From positions 3,360,001 to 3,424,000 of the forward strand of contig OZ242011.1 of NCBI GenBank assembly GCA_965204755.1: 64,000 nt of DNA. Direction: 5' to 3'. The notes below the pieces were generated by a model. It searched no databases, was not told the origin of the DNA, and was given only the letters and a program-made list of their open reading frames with translations. Numbering within the stretch: the first letter of the stretch is position 1; every line of letters starts with the position of its first letter. Position numbers and translations under genes: made by a program. Shown piece after piece: positions 9,549 through 19,556 of the stretch. The stretch comes from Candidatus Marinacidobacterium sp. (GTDB lineage Bacteria; Acidobacteriota; Vicinamibacteria; Marinacidobacterales; Marinacidobacteraceae).

Positions 9549-10748
9549 GTGGCCCCCGTTCGTCCCCTCGCCGCGGCGCTGCTGAGCGTGGCGGTCGCTG
9601 CTCCCGCCGCCCGCGCCGCGGAAACCGGACTCCGGCAGGCGCCCGGCGCCGCCGCCGAGCCGGAGATCTTCCTGCTGACCATGGGGCCGGACCACAGCCA
9701 GTTGTTCCGCGAGTGGGGCCACGCCGCGCTCTGCGTGGACGAGAGGTGCTTCAACTACGGCACGACCGACTTCTCGCGCCCGGCGGGGCTGACCCGCGAG
9801 GTCCTGATGGGCGAGGCGCGGTTCTGGGTCGCCGCCTCCGACTACCGGGACACTCTCCGGCAGTACGCGGAGATGGATCGCAGCATCTTCCGCCAGGACC
9901 TCGAACTCGACCCGGCGGCGCGCGACCTCCTGCTCGGACGGGTCGCCGCCGACCTGGTGCCCGGCGCGTCCGAGTACATCTACAACCACTTCTCCGAGAA
10001 CTGCACCACGAGGATCCGGGACTACCTGGACGACGCCGCCGACGGGGCGCTGCGGGGGGTCGCCGAACTGCCGCCGGTCTTCCGGGACGCCGACGGCCGC
10101 TACCGGCTGCGGACGCACATGCGCCGCGGCCTCACCACCCGCCCGCTCCTGGTCTGGCTCTCCGACATCGCGGTCGGGCGCTCGGCGGACGAGGAAGTCA
10201 CGCCGTTCGAGGTGATGTTCCTGCCCGGCGCCCTCCGCCACGGGGTGGAGCAGGCGTTCGGCGCCGCGCCGCGCCGGCTCCGGGCCGGGCGGGACGGCGA
10301 CCTGTTGCCGGCCGACCCGGGGAGTTCCCCGTACGCCGGGTGGCTCCTCGCCTCGTCGGCGCTGCTGGCCGGGCTGATCCTGCAGCGGCGGCGGGCCGGT
10401 CTTTCCCTCGGAGCGAGGGCGGCGGCGGGCGCGGGGCTCGCCGCGCTCGGCGCGGTCGGGCTGGGCCTGACGCTGTTGAGCCCGCTGCCGGCGTTCGCCA
10501 CCGGCTCGCTGTTCCTCGCCGTCCCGGTGAGCGACCTGCTGCTGGCCACCCGCTTCGCCCGGGTCTATGCCTGGCCCCGCGCGGCGTTCGGCGCGTTGTT
10601 CCTGCTGGCGTTGGCCTTCGGGTTCACCACGCAGCCGCTCGGCTGGACGGCGGCGGGCGGAACGCTGGTGGCCGCCGCGGTCGGCTGGCGGCTCTCGCCC
10701 CGGTTCCGCGGCGCCTCGGCGCCGGCGCCTTCCCCCGCGGCCGCGTGA
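9549..10748 (+). CDS. DUF4105 (Lnb-like) membrane protein with signal peptide
   Basis: LLTMGP..WGHAAL, FNYG, YNHFSENCTTRIRD, MFLP; C-terminal TM helices; TACAAT at 9531-9536 upstream. Confidence 0.75.
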   Translation: MAPVRPLAAALLSVAVAAPAARAAETGLRQAPGAAAEPEIFLLTMGPDHSQLFREWGHAALCVDERCFNYGTTDFSRPAGLTREVLMGEARFWVAASDYRDTLRQYAEMDRSIFRQDLELDPAARDLLLGRVAADLVPGASEYIYNHFSENCTTRIRDYLDDAADGALRGVAELPPVFRDADGRYRLRTHMRRGLTTRPLLVWLSDIAVGRSADEEVTPFEVMFLPGALRHGVEQAFGAAPRRLRAGRDGDLLPADPGSSPYAGWLLASSALLAGLILQRRRAGLSLGARAAAGAGLAALGAVGLGLTLLSPLPAFATGSLFLAVPVSDLLLATRFARVYAWPRAAFGALFLLALAFGFTTQPLGWTAAGGTLVAAAVGWRLSPRFRGASAPAPSPAAA

Positions 10749-12151
10749 GCGTGGGCGCCCGGAGGGCCGGCCCCGGCGGGGGGGAACCGGCGGCCCGGGC
10801 CGGGGGCGGGGCCGGCGGCGCGGATCCGATCCTCGCGGCGCTGGTCGGCGAGGGGTCGCCGGGCGCTTTCGTGGCGGCGTTCCGGCGGATGGCGGCGGCG
10901 GCGAAGGACGGGCCTCGATACCTCCGCGAGGACACGGTCGAGCCGGTGCGCGAGGCTCCCCGCCTCCCGGAGGACGGCCCTCCGGCGAGCGCCGCCGACC
11001 TGGCCCGCACCGTCGCGATCACCATGAACGGCGGCCTCGGCACCACCATGGGGATGCGGGCGCCGAAGGCGTTGCTCCCCGTCGCCGAGGGGATGACCCT
11101 TCTCGACATCGTGCTGAAACGGGCGGAGAGCGTCGGCGTCATGCCGCTGCTCATGAACAGTTTCGCCACCGACCGGGCGGTGCGCGCCGCGCTCGGCGGA
11201 CGGGAAGTCGCCTCCTTCCTGCAGCATCGGGCGCCGAAACTCCGCCGCTCCGACTTCACCCCGGTTCGCGTTCCCGGCGCGCCGGAACTCGAGTGGTGCC
11301 CGCCGGGACACGGCGACCTCTACACCGCCCTCGCCGCGAGCGGCTGGCTCCGGCGGCTCCTCGACCGGGGGTTCCGGGTCGCCTTCCTCTCGAATGTGGA
11401 CAACGCGGCCGCCTCTCCCGATCCGGTCGTCCTCGGCTACTTCCTGGAGAGCGGCGCGCCGTTCCTGATGGAAATCGTGCGGCGCGACGCGTCGGACTGG
11501 AAGGGCGGGCACATCGCCCGGCGGCGCGCGGACGGGCGGCTGGTGCTGCGCGACACGGCCCAGTGCGCCCCGGAAGACGAAGAGGCGTTCCGGGACCCCG
11601 GCCGGCACTCGTTCTTCAACACGAACAACCTGTGGGTGCGCCTCGACGCCCTCGCCGAGGCCCTGGAGCGGGGCGGCGGTTTCCTGCCGCTTCCCACGAT
11701 CGTGAACCCGAAGACGGCGAATCCCCGGGACCCTTCTTCCACTCCGGTCTTCCACCTCGAACAGACCGTCGGCAGCGCCGTCGAACTCTTCGAGGATGCC
11801 GCGGTGGTCGAAGTCCCGCGCGGCCGCTTCGTCCCGGTGAAGACCACGGAGAACCTGCTCGTCCTCCGGTCGGACATCTACGAGATCGACGAGAACGGCC
11901 TCGTCCGCGCGGCGAAGAAGCCGCCGCCGGTGGCGCTCGACGCCGAGCGCTACCGGTTCGTGAGCGACCTGGAGTCGCGATTCCCGCACGGCCCGCCGTC
12001 GCTGCTCGCCTGCGACCGCCTCCGGGTGACCGGGGATGTGCGGTTCGGGAAGCGCGTCGTCTGCGAAGGCGAAGTGACGATCCACGGCCGCCCCGACCGC
12101 GCCGCCTTCATCCCCGACGGGGAACGCCTCACGGGCGCCGTCCGTCTTTGA
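10745..12151 (+). CDS. UTP--glucose-1-phosphate uridylyltransferase (UDPGP/UGPase family); start uncertain
   Basis: MNGGLGTTMG..PK, LMNSF, EWCPPGHGD, SNVDN, KGG, FNTNNLW, RFVPVKTTENLLVLRSD. Confidence 0.9.
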   Translation: MSVGARRAGPGGGEPAARAGGGAGGADPILAALVGEGSPGAFVAAFRRMAAAAKDGPRYLREDTVEPVREAPRLPEDGPPASAADLARTVAITMNGGLGTTMGMRAPKALLPVAEGMTLLDIVLKRAESVGVMPLLMNSFATDRAVRAALGGREVASFLQHRAPKLRRSDFTPVRVPGAPELEWCPPGHGDLYTALAASGWLRRLLDRGFRVAFLSNVDNAAASPDPVVLGYFLESGAPFLMEIVRRDASDWKGGHIARRRADGRLVLRDTAQCAPEDEEAFRDPGRHSFFNTNNLWVRLDALAEALERGGGFLPLPTIVNPKTANPRDPSSTPVFHLEQTVGSAVELFEDAAVVEVPRGRFVPVKTTENLLVLRSDIYEIDENGLVRAAKKPPPVALDAERYRFVSDLESRFPHGPPSLLACDRLRVTGDVRFGKRVVCEGEVTIHGRPDRAAFIPDGERLTGAVRL

Positions 12152-12189
12152 TCCCCCTTTGATCCCCCTTTGATCCCCCTTTGATCCCC
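12146..12189 (+). repeat. 11-bp tandem repeat CTTTGATCCCC x4 overlapping the UGPase stop codon
   Basis: Four exact copies at 12146, 12157, 12168 and 12179. Confidence 0.95.
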
Positions 12190-12228
12190 GTCGTCCGGTT
12201 CGATGGTTGGACCGGCCGCCCGCCGGGA

Positions 12229-13821
12229 TCAGGCCACCGCGCGCCGTCGGGGGGAGACGCGCGCGGTCGCGGGTTCGGGCGCCGCGATCCGTAGGCGCGA
12301 CGGGTTCCCCGACCGCCATTCTTCGAAGAAGGCGTCGAGCCACGGAGGGGTTTCGCCGGTGCGGGCGAGATGGCGAAGCGCCCGGTCCGCATCGTCCGGA
12401 CACAGCCGGGCCAGGTCTTCGGGAATCGGCGCGGCGGCGGTCGTCAGGTCGCCGGGTTCGTACTTGTCCAGCGCATCGCCGTAGCGGCGGACCGAGAGCG
12501 ACAGGATCCGGCGGCCCGGTTGCGAGGCGAGGTAGAGGAAGAGGCGGTCCACGAGGTCGGCGCCGAACACATTCGGGTCGAATCCGTGGTAGCAGGTCAG
12601 GTTCAGGGCCCGGCTGCGATTCCGGACGACCTTGTAGCCGCCGCGGGAGAAGACGCCGAAGAGGATCGGCGACGGCGTGCGCGCCTCGGTCCGGTGCCAC
12701 GGGTTTCGGTGGCGCGTCAGGAAACGCCGATGGAAACCCCGTTCTTCGCCGCTCTTGAGGTAAGCGGTGGCCGGGCGCGACGGTTTCTTCGGCAGGCGCA
12801 GCAGGAGAGCCCGCGCGTCCCGATCCAGCAGCGCGCCCAAGTCGCCGGCGTCGAACACCGGTTTCGCGATCTGCTGACTTCTCGCGATGCAGGGGACGGT
12901 CTCCCCGCGGCCGAGCCCCAGCGCGGCGGCGCGCGAGCGGCTGAGGACGAAGAACTCGTTCGCCCCGGTCGCTATCCCGCGCCGGAACTTGCCGTAGTGA
13001 CCGAGGCGCGTCGCGCGCTCCGGGCATACCCGCGCGCGGCTTCGCCGAAAGTGGGGAAGCCACTTGGACTCCGGATCGAGCGCCGCCGCCGGAATGCGCC
13101 GAACCGCCGGGCGGCGGAACACCTGCGGCAGGGCCGCCAGGTCTCGAATCCGATGGAACCCGACCTCGGCGGGTCCGCCGTCGGCGTCGCAGAGCACGAG
13201 TCCCACCGAGGTCGTCACTCCCGGAAACACTTCCCGCTCGCAGTCGAGGCTGACCATCGCCCGGAGGGCGCCCGAAGCGAGCAACTGCCGCTTGACGCCG
13301 ACTCCGTATCCGGTGTTCAGGAACTCCAGGGGCATCAGGTAGGCGAGCCGCCGCCCATCTCCGAGTTCCCACAGCGACTTGAGCAGGAACGCCGCCGCCG
13401 CGTTGGTGTAACCCGAGAGGCGATGGTCGAGATGCCGGGCGAAGTCCTCGCGCACGGCCTGTCGATCGGGAAACCGTTGGAATCGCAGGTAGGGCGGGTT
13501 GCAGACGATGTTGCCCCGGCGCCGCTCCCACGAGCGCAGGTAGTTCCCTTCGACGAGCCGCGCCGACCCGGCGCCGCGCCGTCCCCGCCGCCAGGCGGCC
13601 AGGAGCGCCGGATCGATCTCCATACCCTCGAACCGCGAGCACCCGCGGCGGCGGGCCGCCTCGAAGAACGCCCCCATCCCGAAACACGGATCGAAGACCT
13701 CCCGCGTCCCGGACCCGAGCGCCCAGCCGACCATGAAGTCGGCGACCGCCGGCGGCGTGAAGACCTGTCCGAGCACCTGCGCCCCGCGCGACGCTTCGCC
13801 GGGTGTGCGGTGGCGGGTCAC
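12229..13821 (-). CDS. N6-adenine DNA methyltransferase (gamma-type), cognate of the adjacent AccI-family endonuclease
   Basis: GQVFTP, FDPCFGMGAF (SAM-binding), VCNPPY catalytic motif, RRGIATGANEFF. Confidence 0.9.
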   Translation of the reverse strand: MTRHRTPGEASRGAQVLGQVFTPPAVADFMVGWALGSGTREVFDPCFGMGAFFEAARRRGCSRFEGMEIDPALLAAWRRGRRGAGSARLVEGNYLRSWERRRGNIVCNPPYLRFQRFPDRQAVREDFARHLDHRLSGYTNAAAAFLLKSLWELGDGRRLAYLMPLEFLNTGYGVGVKRQLLASGALRAMVSLDCEREVFPGVTTSVGLVLCDADGGPAEVGFHRIRDLAALPQVFRRPAVRRIPAAALDPESKWLPHFRRSRARVCPERATRLGHYGKFRRGIATGANEFFVLSRSRAAALGLGRGETVPCIARSQQIAKPVFDAGDLGALLDRDARALLLRLPKKPSRPATAYLKSGEERGFHRRFLTRHRNPWHRTEARTPSPILFGVFSRGGYKVVRNRSRALNLTCYHGFDPNVFGADLVDRLFLYLASQPGRRILSLSVRRYGDALDKYEPGDLTTAAAPIPEDLARLCPDDADRALRHLARTGETPPWLDAFFEEWRSGNPSRLRIAAPEPATARVSPRRRAVA

Positions 13822-14882
13822 TGCGGCGGTTCTCCGAGGGCCTTCAGGAACGCGTCCCGGTCGAGATAGGCAGTGCCGCCGCTGAATCGCACATGGAACA
13901 GGAGTCGGCCGCGTTCGAGCGTCCTCATCACGGAATGATGGAGCGGCATCTGCATCCTGCCGACGACTTCTGTCCCCGCAGCGATGTTGATCTTGATCGT
14001 TGTCTTGCCTTGGTTCTTCACATCCTCTTCGATGCGGAAAGTGGCGCCGTCACCCTCCGGCTTGCTGATCGTACGGAGAATGTCCAGGAAGGAGATCAGA
14101 TACGCCTTGTCGAAGAACACCTGCAAGTAGTAGTGCCGTACCCCGAACCGCTGGATCCAGCGGTTGACCAAGCATAGGTCTTCGAGTTTCGGCGTGATGC
14201 TCAGGTAGTCCCGCCGATGGAGGATGGCGATTCCACTCTTGAGCGTCTTCAGGAGTTCGGTGAGGCGCCGGAGCGCCGGAGTCGAGCGCCAACTCGGCTG
14301 GCGAAACGAGAGTTCGCGAAAGGTCGGTATGGACGCGTTGCGAACGAGGTCGTACAACACCGGGTTCTTCTCCGCGAGGAGAGAACAGTTGGGCTCGGCG
14401 AGTATCTCCCGTTGCACATCGAGGCATCGTGCCTCCGCGGCGCGAACCCTGCTGCTCATGAACGATGAGTAACGCTCGGACAAGAAACTGCTGGATCGAA
14501 TCTCCAGCGCTGCCGTAGCGCGCCGGACGATTTCCGGCTGGGTCACGGGATCCTCGATACCGGGCACATCGGAACGGAAGATGAGGATGTCCGGTCGCTT
14601 TCCGATGGTGTTCAGTTCCTCCTGATAGTCGGAGAAGTGGCTCTTGAAGTCGGGATCGCCGGGGGCCGTCGCGTCGGTGTCGCCGTACCGGACGGCACGC
14701 AGGCCACCGGCGTGGTCGTTTATGGCGCGGATCACGACTTCCTCCGCCCAAGTCCCCTGCTCTCGGTTCGTCAGGAAGTCGGAACTCGCCGCTGTCGGAC
14801 GGCGCCCCTGAACTCTCAGGTCGAGATCGATCGGGAGCGGTAGGGAGCGCAGGAGATCGAGCACTGCTCGGCGATAGTCCAC
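13818..14882 (-). CDS. AccI-family type II restriction endonuclease
   Basis: PTAASSDFLTNREQGTWAE, GKRPDILIF, LEIRSSSFL, YLSITPKLEDL, YYLQVFFDK, KNQGKTTIK, GRLLFHVRF resemble RE_AccI; lower GC; coupled to the MTase. Confidence 0.8.
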   Translation of the reverse strand: MDYRRAVLDLLRSLPLPIDLDLRVQGRRPTAASSDFLTNREQGTWAEEVVIRAINDHAGGLRAVRYGDTDATAPGDPDFKSHFSDYQEELNTIGKRPDILIFRSDVPGIEDPVTQPEIVRRATAALEIRSSSFLSERYSSFMSSRVRAAEARCLDVQREILAEPNCSLLAEKNPVLYDLVRNASIPTFRELSFRQPSWRSTPALRRLTELLKTLKSGIAILHRRDYLSITPKLEDLCLVNRWIQRFGVRHYYLQVFFDKAYLISFLDILRTISKPEGDGATFRIEEDVKNQGKTTIKINIAAGTEVVGRMQMPLHHSVMRTLERGRLLFHVRFSGGTAYLDRDAFLKALGEPPQ

Positions 14883-14886
14883 GCCG

Positions 14887-15153
14887 CTACGACTCAGGTC
14901 TCGACGAAGCCCTCGACGGGCGACCGGGCGGTGCTACGGGCCGGTCGCCTCCGGAGCCGGAGGCCGGGGGAGGCCGAAACAAGGGGGAGCGCCGATAGAT
15001 GTACTCGCCCACGGCGTCTCGGACGACCCAGGCGAGCGACACCCGCCGCTCGGCCGCGATCCGCTTCAGGTGAGCGTAGTCCTCGGAGTCCAAGGAGACC
15101 GAGACACGCTCCCTGCGTGTGGTGGGCGCTTCCGGCTCTTGTGAATGCATCAC
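14887..15153 (-). CDS. CopG/ribbon-helix-helix transcriptional regulator leading the R-M operon
   Basis: RVSVSLDSEDYAHLKRIAAERRVSLAWVVRDAVGEYI; ends 4 bp before the REase start. Confidence 0.8.
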   Translation of the reverse strand: MMHSQEPEAPTTRRERVSVSLDSEDYAHLKRIAAERRVSLAWVVRDAVGEYIYRRSPLFRPPPASGSGGDRPVAPPGRPSRASSRPES

Positions 15154-15190
15154 TGTGGTGCATTGTGCCGCACAGGACTCCGGCGAGCAA
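15153..15190 (-). promoter_or_regulatory. Putative sigma70 promoter TTGCTC-17-CACAAT overlapped by a CTGTG-N13-CACAG inverted repeat (candidate RHH operator)
   Basis: Minus strand reads TTGCTC GCCGGAGTCCTGTGCGG CACAAT GCACCACA GTG ATG. Confidence 0.5.
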
Positions 15191-15253
15191 ATCGGGAGTC
15201 TCCGGAAGACCGGTCGAGGGTGTGGGTTCGCCTGACCGGAGCGACCGGCGGGG

Positions 15254-16564
15254 TCAGTTCGCGCGGCGGCCCGGGGGGTCGGTTTCGGCGGTCAGGCCGA
15301 GCGGGCCGCTCGGCGGCGGACCGACGGCGATGGGCAGTTCCGGGACCGGCGGCGCCGGGGTCGGGAAGATCCGGCGGGGGACGGTCTCCACGGGCTTGGG
15401 GGTGGGGCGTTCGACGGCGCCGGCGGCGTCGCCGCCTTCGAGTTCGCGGAGGCGGCGGAGTTTGGGGAGGAGCCGCTGCTCCCCGGAGGCGACCGCGGCG
15501 TTGTAGGCGTCGGCGGCCCTGGTGAGGCCGACGCCGACCCCGGCGAAGTGCGCGAGGAACTTCTCCAGGCGGCTCCCGGCCTCGAGGGCTTCGCGGCGGA
15601 GGGCGTCCGCGTGCTGCGTGCTCGTGAAGTCGCGCCAACTCGCGGCGGCGCTCCACAGGATGCCGAGCAGCGTCGTCGGGGTGGCGAGGACGACCTTCTT
15701 CGCCCAGGCGTCGTGGATGAGCCCGGGAGCCGCCTGCTCGGCGTCGGCGAGCAGGGATTCCATCGGCAGGAAGAGCACGGTGAACGGGGGGCCGTCCAGG
15801 TCCTTCGGGTAGTCCCGCTTCGCCAGCGCGTCCGCATGGCCGCGGAGCGCCTTGGCGTGCGCGCGGAGCCGTTCGGCGCGGCGTCCGGCGGCGTCGGGAT
15901 CCTCCGGCCCGGTCTCGGTGGCCGCCAGGTAGGCGTCCAGCGGCGCCTTGGCGTCCACCGCGAGTCGGCCGCCTCCGGGGAACCGCACCACGAGGTCGGG
16001 GATGCCTCCGTTCCCGCTCCCGTTCAAGCGGCGCTGGCGGTCGAAGTCGCATCGCTCGGTCATGCCCGCGGCCCGGACCAAGTTCTCCAGTTGCATCTCG
16101 CCCCATCTCCCCCGCGCCTGGCGGTCGCCGCGCATCGCGTCCCGGAGCGACCGGGCGCTGCCCTGCACCTCGCGCACCCGGCTCTCCAAGGCCTCGGCCA
16201 CCCGGGTCAACGAGCCGTGGTCGGCCGCGCGGTCCTTGCCGAGTTGGTCCGCCTTCCGCTTCATCTCCTCGATGGAGTCCTTCAGCGGCGCCGCGGCGGT
16301 GGCGAAGTTCTGAGTCGCGATCTTCCGCTCCTGTTCGGCGGCGTCGCGCAGTTGCTCGACGGCCTTCCCGGCGGCCTTCTCGCAGGCGTCCCGGGCGACC
16401 TCCCGGCTCTGCCCGGCGGCGTCCCGCGCGATCTGCTCGAGGTCGCGCCGGGCCTCCGCCCGCCCGCGGCGCTCCCCGTCGGAGCGCCCGGTGAGGCGAC
16501 CGACGACGAAGGCGGCCGCGAGGAGGAGGGCGGCCAGGGCCGCGAGAGTCAGGTAACTGCTCAT
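15254..16564 (-). CDS. rmuC: DNA recombination protein RmuC
   Basis: N-terminal TM and coiled coil; RGRWGEMQLE, PDLVVRFPG..VDAKAPL, FTVLFLPME, VVLATPTTL, YNAAVAS. Confidence 0.88.
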   Translation of the reverse strand: MSSYLTLAALAALLLAAAFVVGRLTGRSDGERRGRAEARRDLEQIARDAAGQSREVARDACEKAAGKAVEQLRDAAEQERKIATQNFATAAAPLKDSIEEMKRKADQLGKDRAADHGSLTRVAEALESRVREVQGSARSLRDAMRGDRQARGRWGEMQLENLVRAAGMTERCDFDRQRRLNGSGNGGIPDLVVRFPGGGRLAVDAKAPLDAYLAATETGPEDPDAAGRRAERLRAHAKALRGHADALAKRDYPKDLDGPPFTVLFLPMESLLADAEQAAPGLIHDAWAKKVVLATPTTLLGILWSAAASWRDFTSTQHADALRREALEAGSRLEKFLAHFAGVGVGLTRAADAYNAAVASGEQRLLPKLRRLRELEGGDAAGAVERPTPKPVETVPRRIFPTPAPPVPELPIAVGPPPSGPLGLTAETDPPGRRAN

Positions 16565-16720
16565 GCGGGGAATCTTCGAGGGGAGGCGCGACAGGAACGG
16601 TCACCCCCTTTTTTCGAGCCCGCCGCCGGCGTCGGCGCGCTGGTGGGATACCGCGAGCCGCCTTCCTGTTCGGGGGCACCGGCGCTCGCGTCCCGGCGGG
16701 GGGCCGGGGCGCGGCGTCCG

Positions 16721-17560
16721 GTGAACTCTTGGCTGGTGGGGCTGGACATCGCTCGCTCCCGGGGCCGTGCGCACTACTTCGTCAGGGAGCCCATCGGGAG
16801 CGGTGAGACCACGGCGCGGACCACCAGCGTGCTGCCCTATGCCAGTTACCGGCCGACCGACCGGACGGAGTGGTGGGCAATCGGCGGTGCCGGCGAGGTG
16901 ACCCTGGAAACCGACTGGGGGGATCGGGGTCGGGAGTCGTGCGACTTGTCGCTGGGGATGGGGCTGGTCGGGCTGCGGCTGCGGGTCTCAGGTTCCGGCG
17001 GGGGCCCGAGCGTGGCGCTCCGGGGAGACGCCGGGCTGGCCCGGCACACCATCGCCTCCGGCGCGGGCGTCTCCGGCGGGCGCGAAGCGCGGGCGGTCCG
17101 GCTGCGGGTGGGAACGGAGACCCGCTTCCGGCGGAGTCTGCGCGGAGGCAGCGCGTTCGAGCCGTTCGTGGCGGTGTCGGCGTGGACGGATGGCGGTACG
17201 GGAGCGACCGGGGTGATGTCCGGAGGTGTCGGGCCGCCTGCGGATGACGGCGGGGAGGCGGTTCCGGCTGGAGGCGCCGAGCGGATGCTGGCGGCGCACA
17301 GCGAGGACTGCGAGTGGGGCGCTGGTCTCACCGCGTTGCTGCAGCCGAGGCCGGACGGCGAGGGGCTGTCGTTCTCGCTGGCCTCGACCTGAGGCGGCTG
17401 GGGCCTACCGGACGCGTTGTGGCGTCCCGACGCGGACCTGCTCGGCGGCGGGCGGGGGCTCGACCGGCGTCCCGAAGGCGGCGCCTTCGATGTCCGATTC
17501 GGCCGGGCTCGCCGGCGGGCGGCTCCCCGGCGTGCGCCACGGCGACCCCTTTGGCGCCGG
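16721..17560 (+). pseudogene. Decayed autotransporter-type outer-membrane beta-barrel fragment
   Basis: Amphipathic strands (WLVGLDIARSRG, TSVLPYA..WWAIGGAG, ALRGDAG, LRVGTE, FEPFVAV..DGG, EWGAG..GEGLSFSL); no good start, in-frame stop at 17390-17392 and apparent frameshifts. Boundaries approximate. Confidence 0.55.
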
Positions 17561-17765
17561 GGTAGATGTTCGTCCCGGAGTTGTCCGGCGAACGCCACTC
17601 CTACGGCGACACCCCCCGCCTCCTCCCGGCTCGGCATCCGCGGGGCCACTCGGCTCCAGCGGCCTCGGAAGAAGCGCCCGGATCTCTCGGTCTCGACCGG
17701 GCAGCCTGTCATAATGCGCCCTCATCGCAGCGTCGGATGGGCCCGTCGTAGAAACTCTCCGCCGA

Positions 17766-18422
17766 ATGACGCGAGACGAGTGGCGAGCGACGCCGACGAG
17801 ACCGGCCATCTACCACATCGTCCACATGGACCGCCTCGACTCGATCATGCATCTCGACGGTCTCGTGTGTGATGAGACGGTGACCAGGAAGTCGCTGGCG
17901 GGAACGACGATCGGTATATCCGAGATCAAGGAACGGCGCCGCGAGACGCGACTCGACAGCTATCCGGATCTTCGCGTAGGGCAGTGTGTTCCGTTCTACT
18001 TTTGCCCACGGTCGGTGATGCTCTATGTCATCGAGAGACGCAATCATCGGGACCTGGCCTATCGTGGCGGACAGGATCCGATCGTGCATCTGGAGGCGGA
18101 CATGCGCGAGACCGTGACTTGGGCTGATTCGCACGATCTTCGATGGGCGTTCACTCTGTCCAACGCCGGGTCGAAGCACTTCGAGGACCGGTGCCGGTTG
18201 GAGCATCTGGATCAAGTCGACTGGGATGCCGTCTCGGACCGAGACTGGCGAGAGACGAGAGCGCGAAAGCAGGCCGAGTTCCTCGTTGAGAAGCGTTTCC
18301 CGTGGAATCTGGTTCGCCGGATCGGCGTGCGAACGGCCGCAACGGCGAAGTATGTCGAGGCGGCGATCCGGGGAGCGCCGGGGCGTCCCTCGGTCGAGAT
18401 CAAGCCGGACTGGTATTACTGA
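17766..18422 (+). CDS. darT: DarT toxin, DNA ADP-ribosyltransferase (DUF4433)
   Basis: IYHIVH, IKERR, VPFYFCPRSVMLY, FTLSNA, KQAEFLV with catalytic Glu, C-terminal WYY; TG-t-CATAAT at 17707-17715 upstream. Confidence 0.92.
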   Translation: MTRDEWRATPTRPAIYHIVHMDRLDSIMHLDGLVCDETVTRKSLAGTTIGISEIKERRRETRLDSYPDLRVGQCVPFYFCPRSVMLYVIERRNHRDLAYRGGQDPIVHLEADMRETVTWADSHDLRWAFTLSNAGSKHFEDRCRLEHLDQVDWDAVSDRDWRETRARKQAEFLVEKRFPWNLVRRIGVRTAATAKYVEAAIRGAPGRPSVEIKPDWYY

Positions 18423-18432
18423 GGCATCGGCA

Positions 18433-19491
18433 GTGATCGAGTATCGAAACGGGGATCTCCTGACGGCCGAGACTGACGCTCTCGTGAACAGCGTCAACTG
18501 CGTCGGTGTCATGGGCCGGGGCGTGGCGTTGGCGTTCAAGAGGCGATTCCCCGAGAATTACCGGGCGTATGCCAAGGCGTGTCGGCAGCGCCAGGTCCGG
18601 TTGGGTCGCGTGTTCGTCTACGAGACGGGACAGGTGTTTTCGCCGCGTTACATCATCAACTTCCCGACCAAGGATCACTGGCGGGCCAAGAGCCGGATGA
18701 AGGACATCGTGGAAGGCTTGTCCGATCTTGCGAAGTCGATCCGAGACAGGGACATCCGCTCCATCGCTATTCCGGCTCTCGGCAGCGGACTCGGTGGACT
18801 TCCCTGGCCGGAGGTCCGCGCTTCGATGGAGGATGCGTTGGGACAGCTGGGCGAAGTAACGGTTGCTGTGTATCGCCCGCGGGTTCCGTCTTCGGTGACC
18901 GCTGCCGCATCGAGCAGCCCGCCGAGAATGACCGAAGGACGTGCGGCGCTGGTGGCCCTGCTGGACCGGTATCTGGGGGCGGCGTTGGATCCCGTCGTGA
19001 CGCTTCTCGAAGTGCACAAACTGATGTACTTTCTTCAAGAAGCCGGAGAACCGTTGCGTCTCCGATATGTCAAGGGACCCTACGGACCCTACGCCGAGAA
19101 TCTCCGTCATGTGCTCTCTCGGATCGAAGGGCACTTGGTGTCCGGTTCTGCCGGTGATGGGGACTTGCCCGGACGGGAGATACAGTTGGCGCCCAACGCT
19201 CTCGAAGATGCCCGTGAGTTCCTGAACGGGAAACCAACGACGATGACGCGGATCGAGCGTGTAGAACGACTCGTGTACGGCTTCGAGGACGCGTTCGGAA
19301 TGGAACTTCTGGCGACGGTCCACTGGGTGATCGAGCAGGAAGGCGCGCGGGACTTCGATAGCATCGTGAACCTCACCCACACTTGGAGCGAGAGAAAGAG
19401 GCACTTCACGAGACGGCAGATCGGGATCGCGGCCGATGTGCTTGCCGAGCAGGGGTGGTGCCCGCCTCGGGAGGACGCAGGCGAACCTTGA
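18433..19491 (+). CDS. darG: DarG antitoxin, macrodomain ADP-ribosylglycohydrolase
   Basis: GDLL..DALVNSVNCVGVMGRGVA, IINFPTKDHW, IPALGSGLGGL; C-terminal LEVHKLMYFLQ, YGPYA, GMELLATVHW. Confidence 0.92.
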   Translation: MIEYRNGDLLTAETDALVNSVNCVGVMGRGVALAFKRRFPENYRAYAKACRQRQVRLGRVFVYETGQVFSPRYIINFPTKDHWRAKSRMKDIVEGLSDLAKSIRDRDIRSIAIPALGSGLGGLPWPEVRASMEDALGQLGEVTVAVYRPRVPSSVTAAASSSPPRMTEGRAALVALLDRYLGAALDPVVTLLEVHKLMYFLQEAGEPLRLRYVKGPYGPYAENLRHVLSRIEGHLVSGSAGDGDLPGREIQLAPNALEDAREFLNGKPTTMTRIERVERLVYGFEDAFGMELLATVHWVIEQEGARDFDSIVNLTHTWSERKRHFTRRQIGIAADVLAEQGWCPPREDAGEP

Positions 19492-19556
19492 GGAGTGGTC
19501 CCTGGTGCCGGGCGTTGAGCGCCGATCCGGGCGGGCGCGGCGTTGCGCGAAGGGGG

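Noticed and set aside
12146-12189. Possible CRISPR array
   Set aside because: Contiguous 11-bp units with no spacers and no cas genes.
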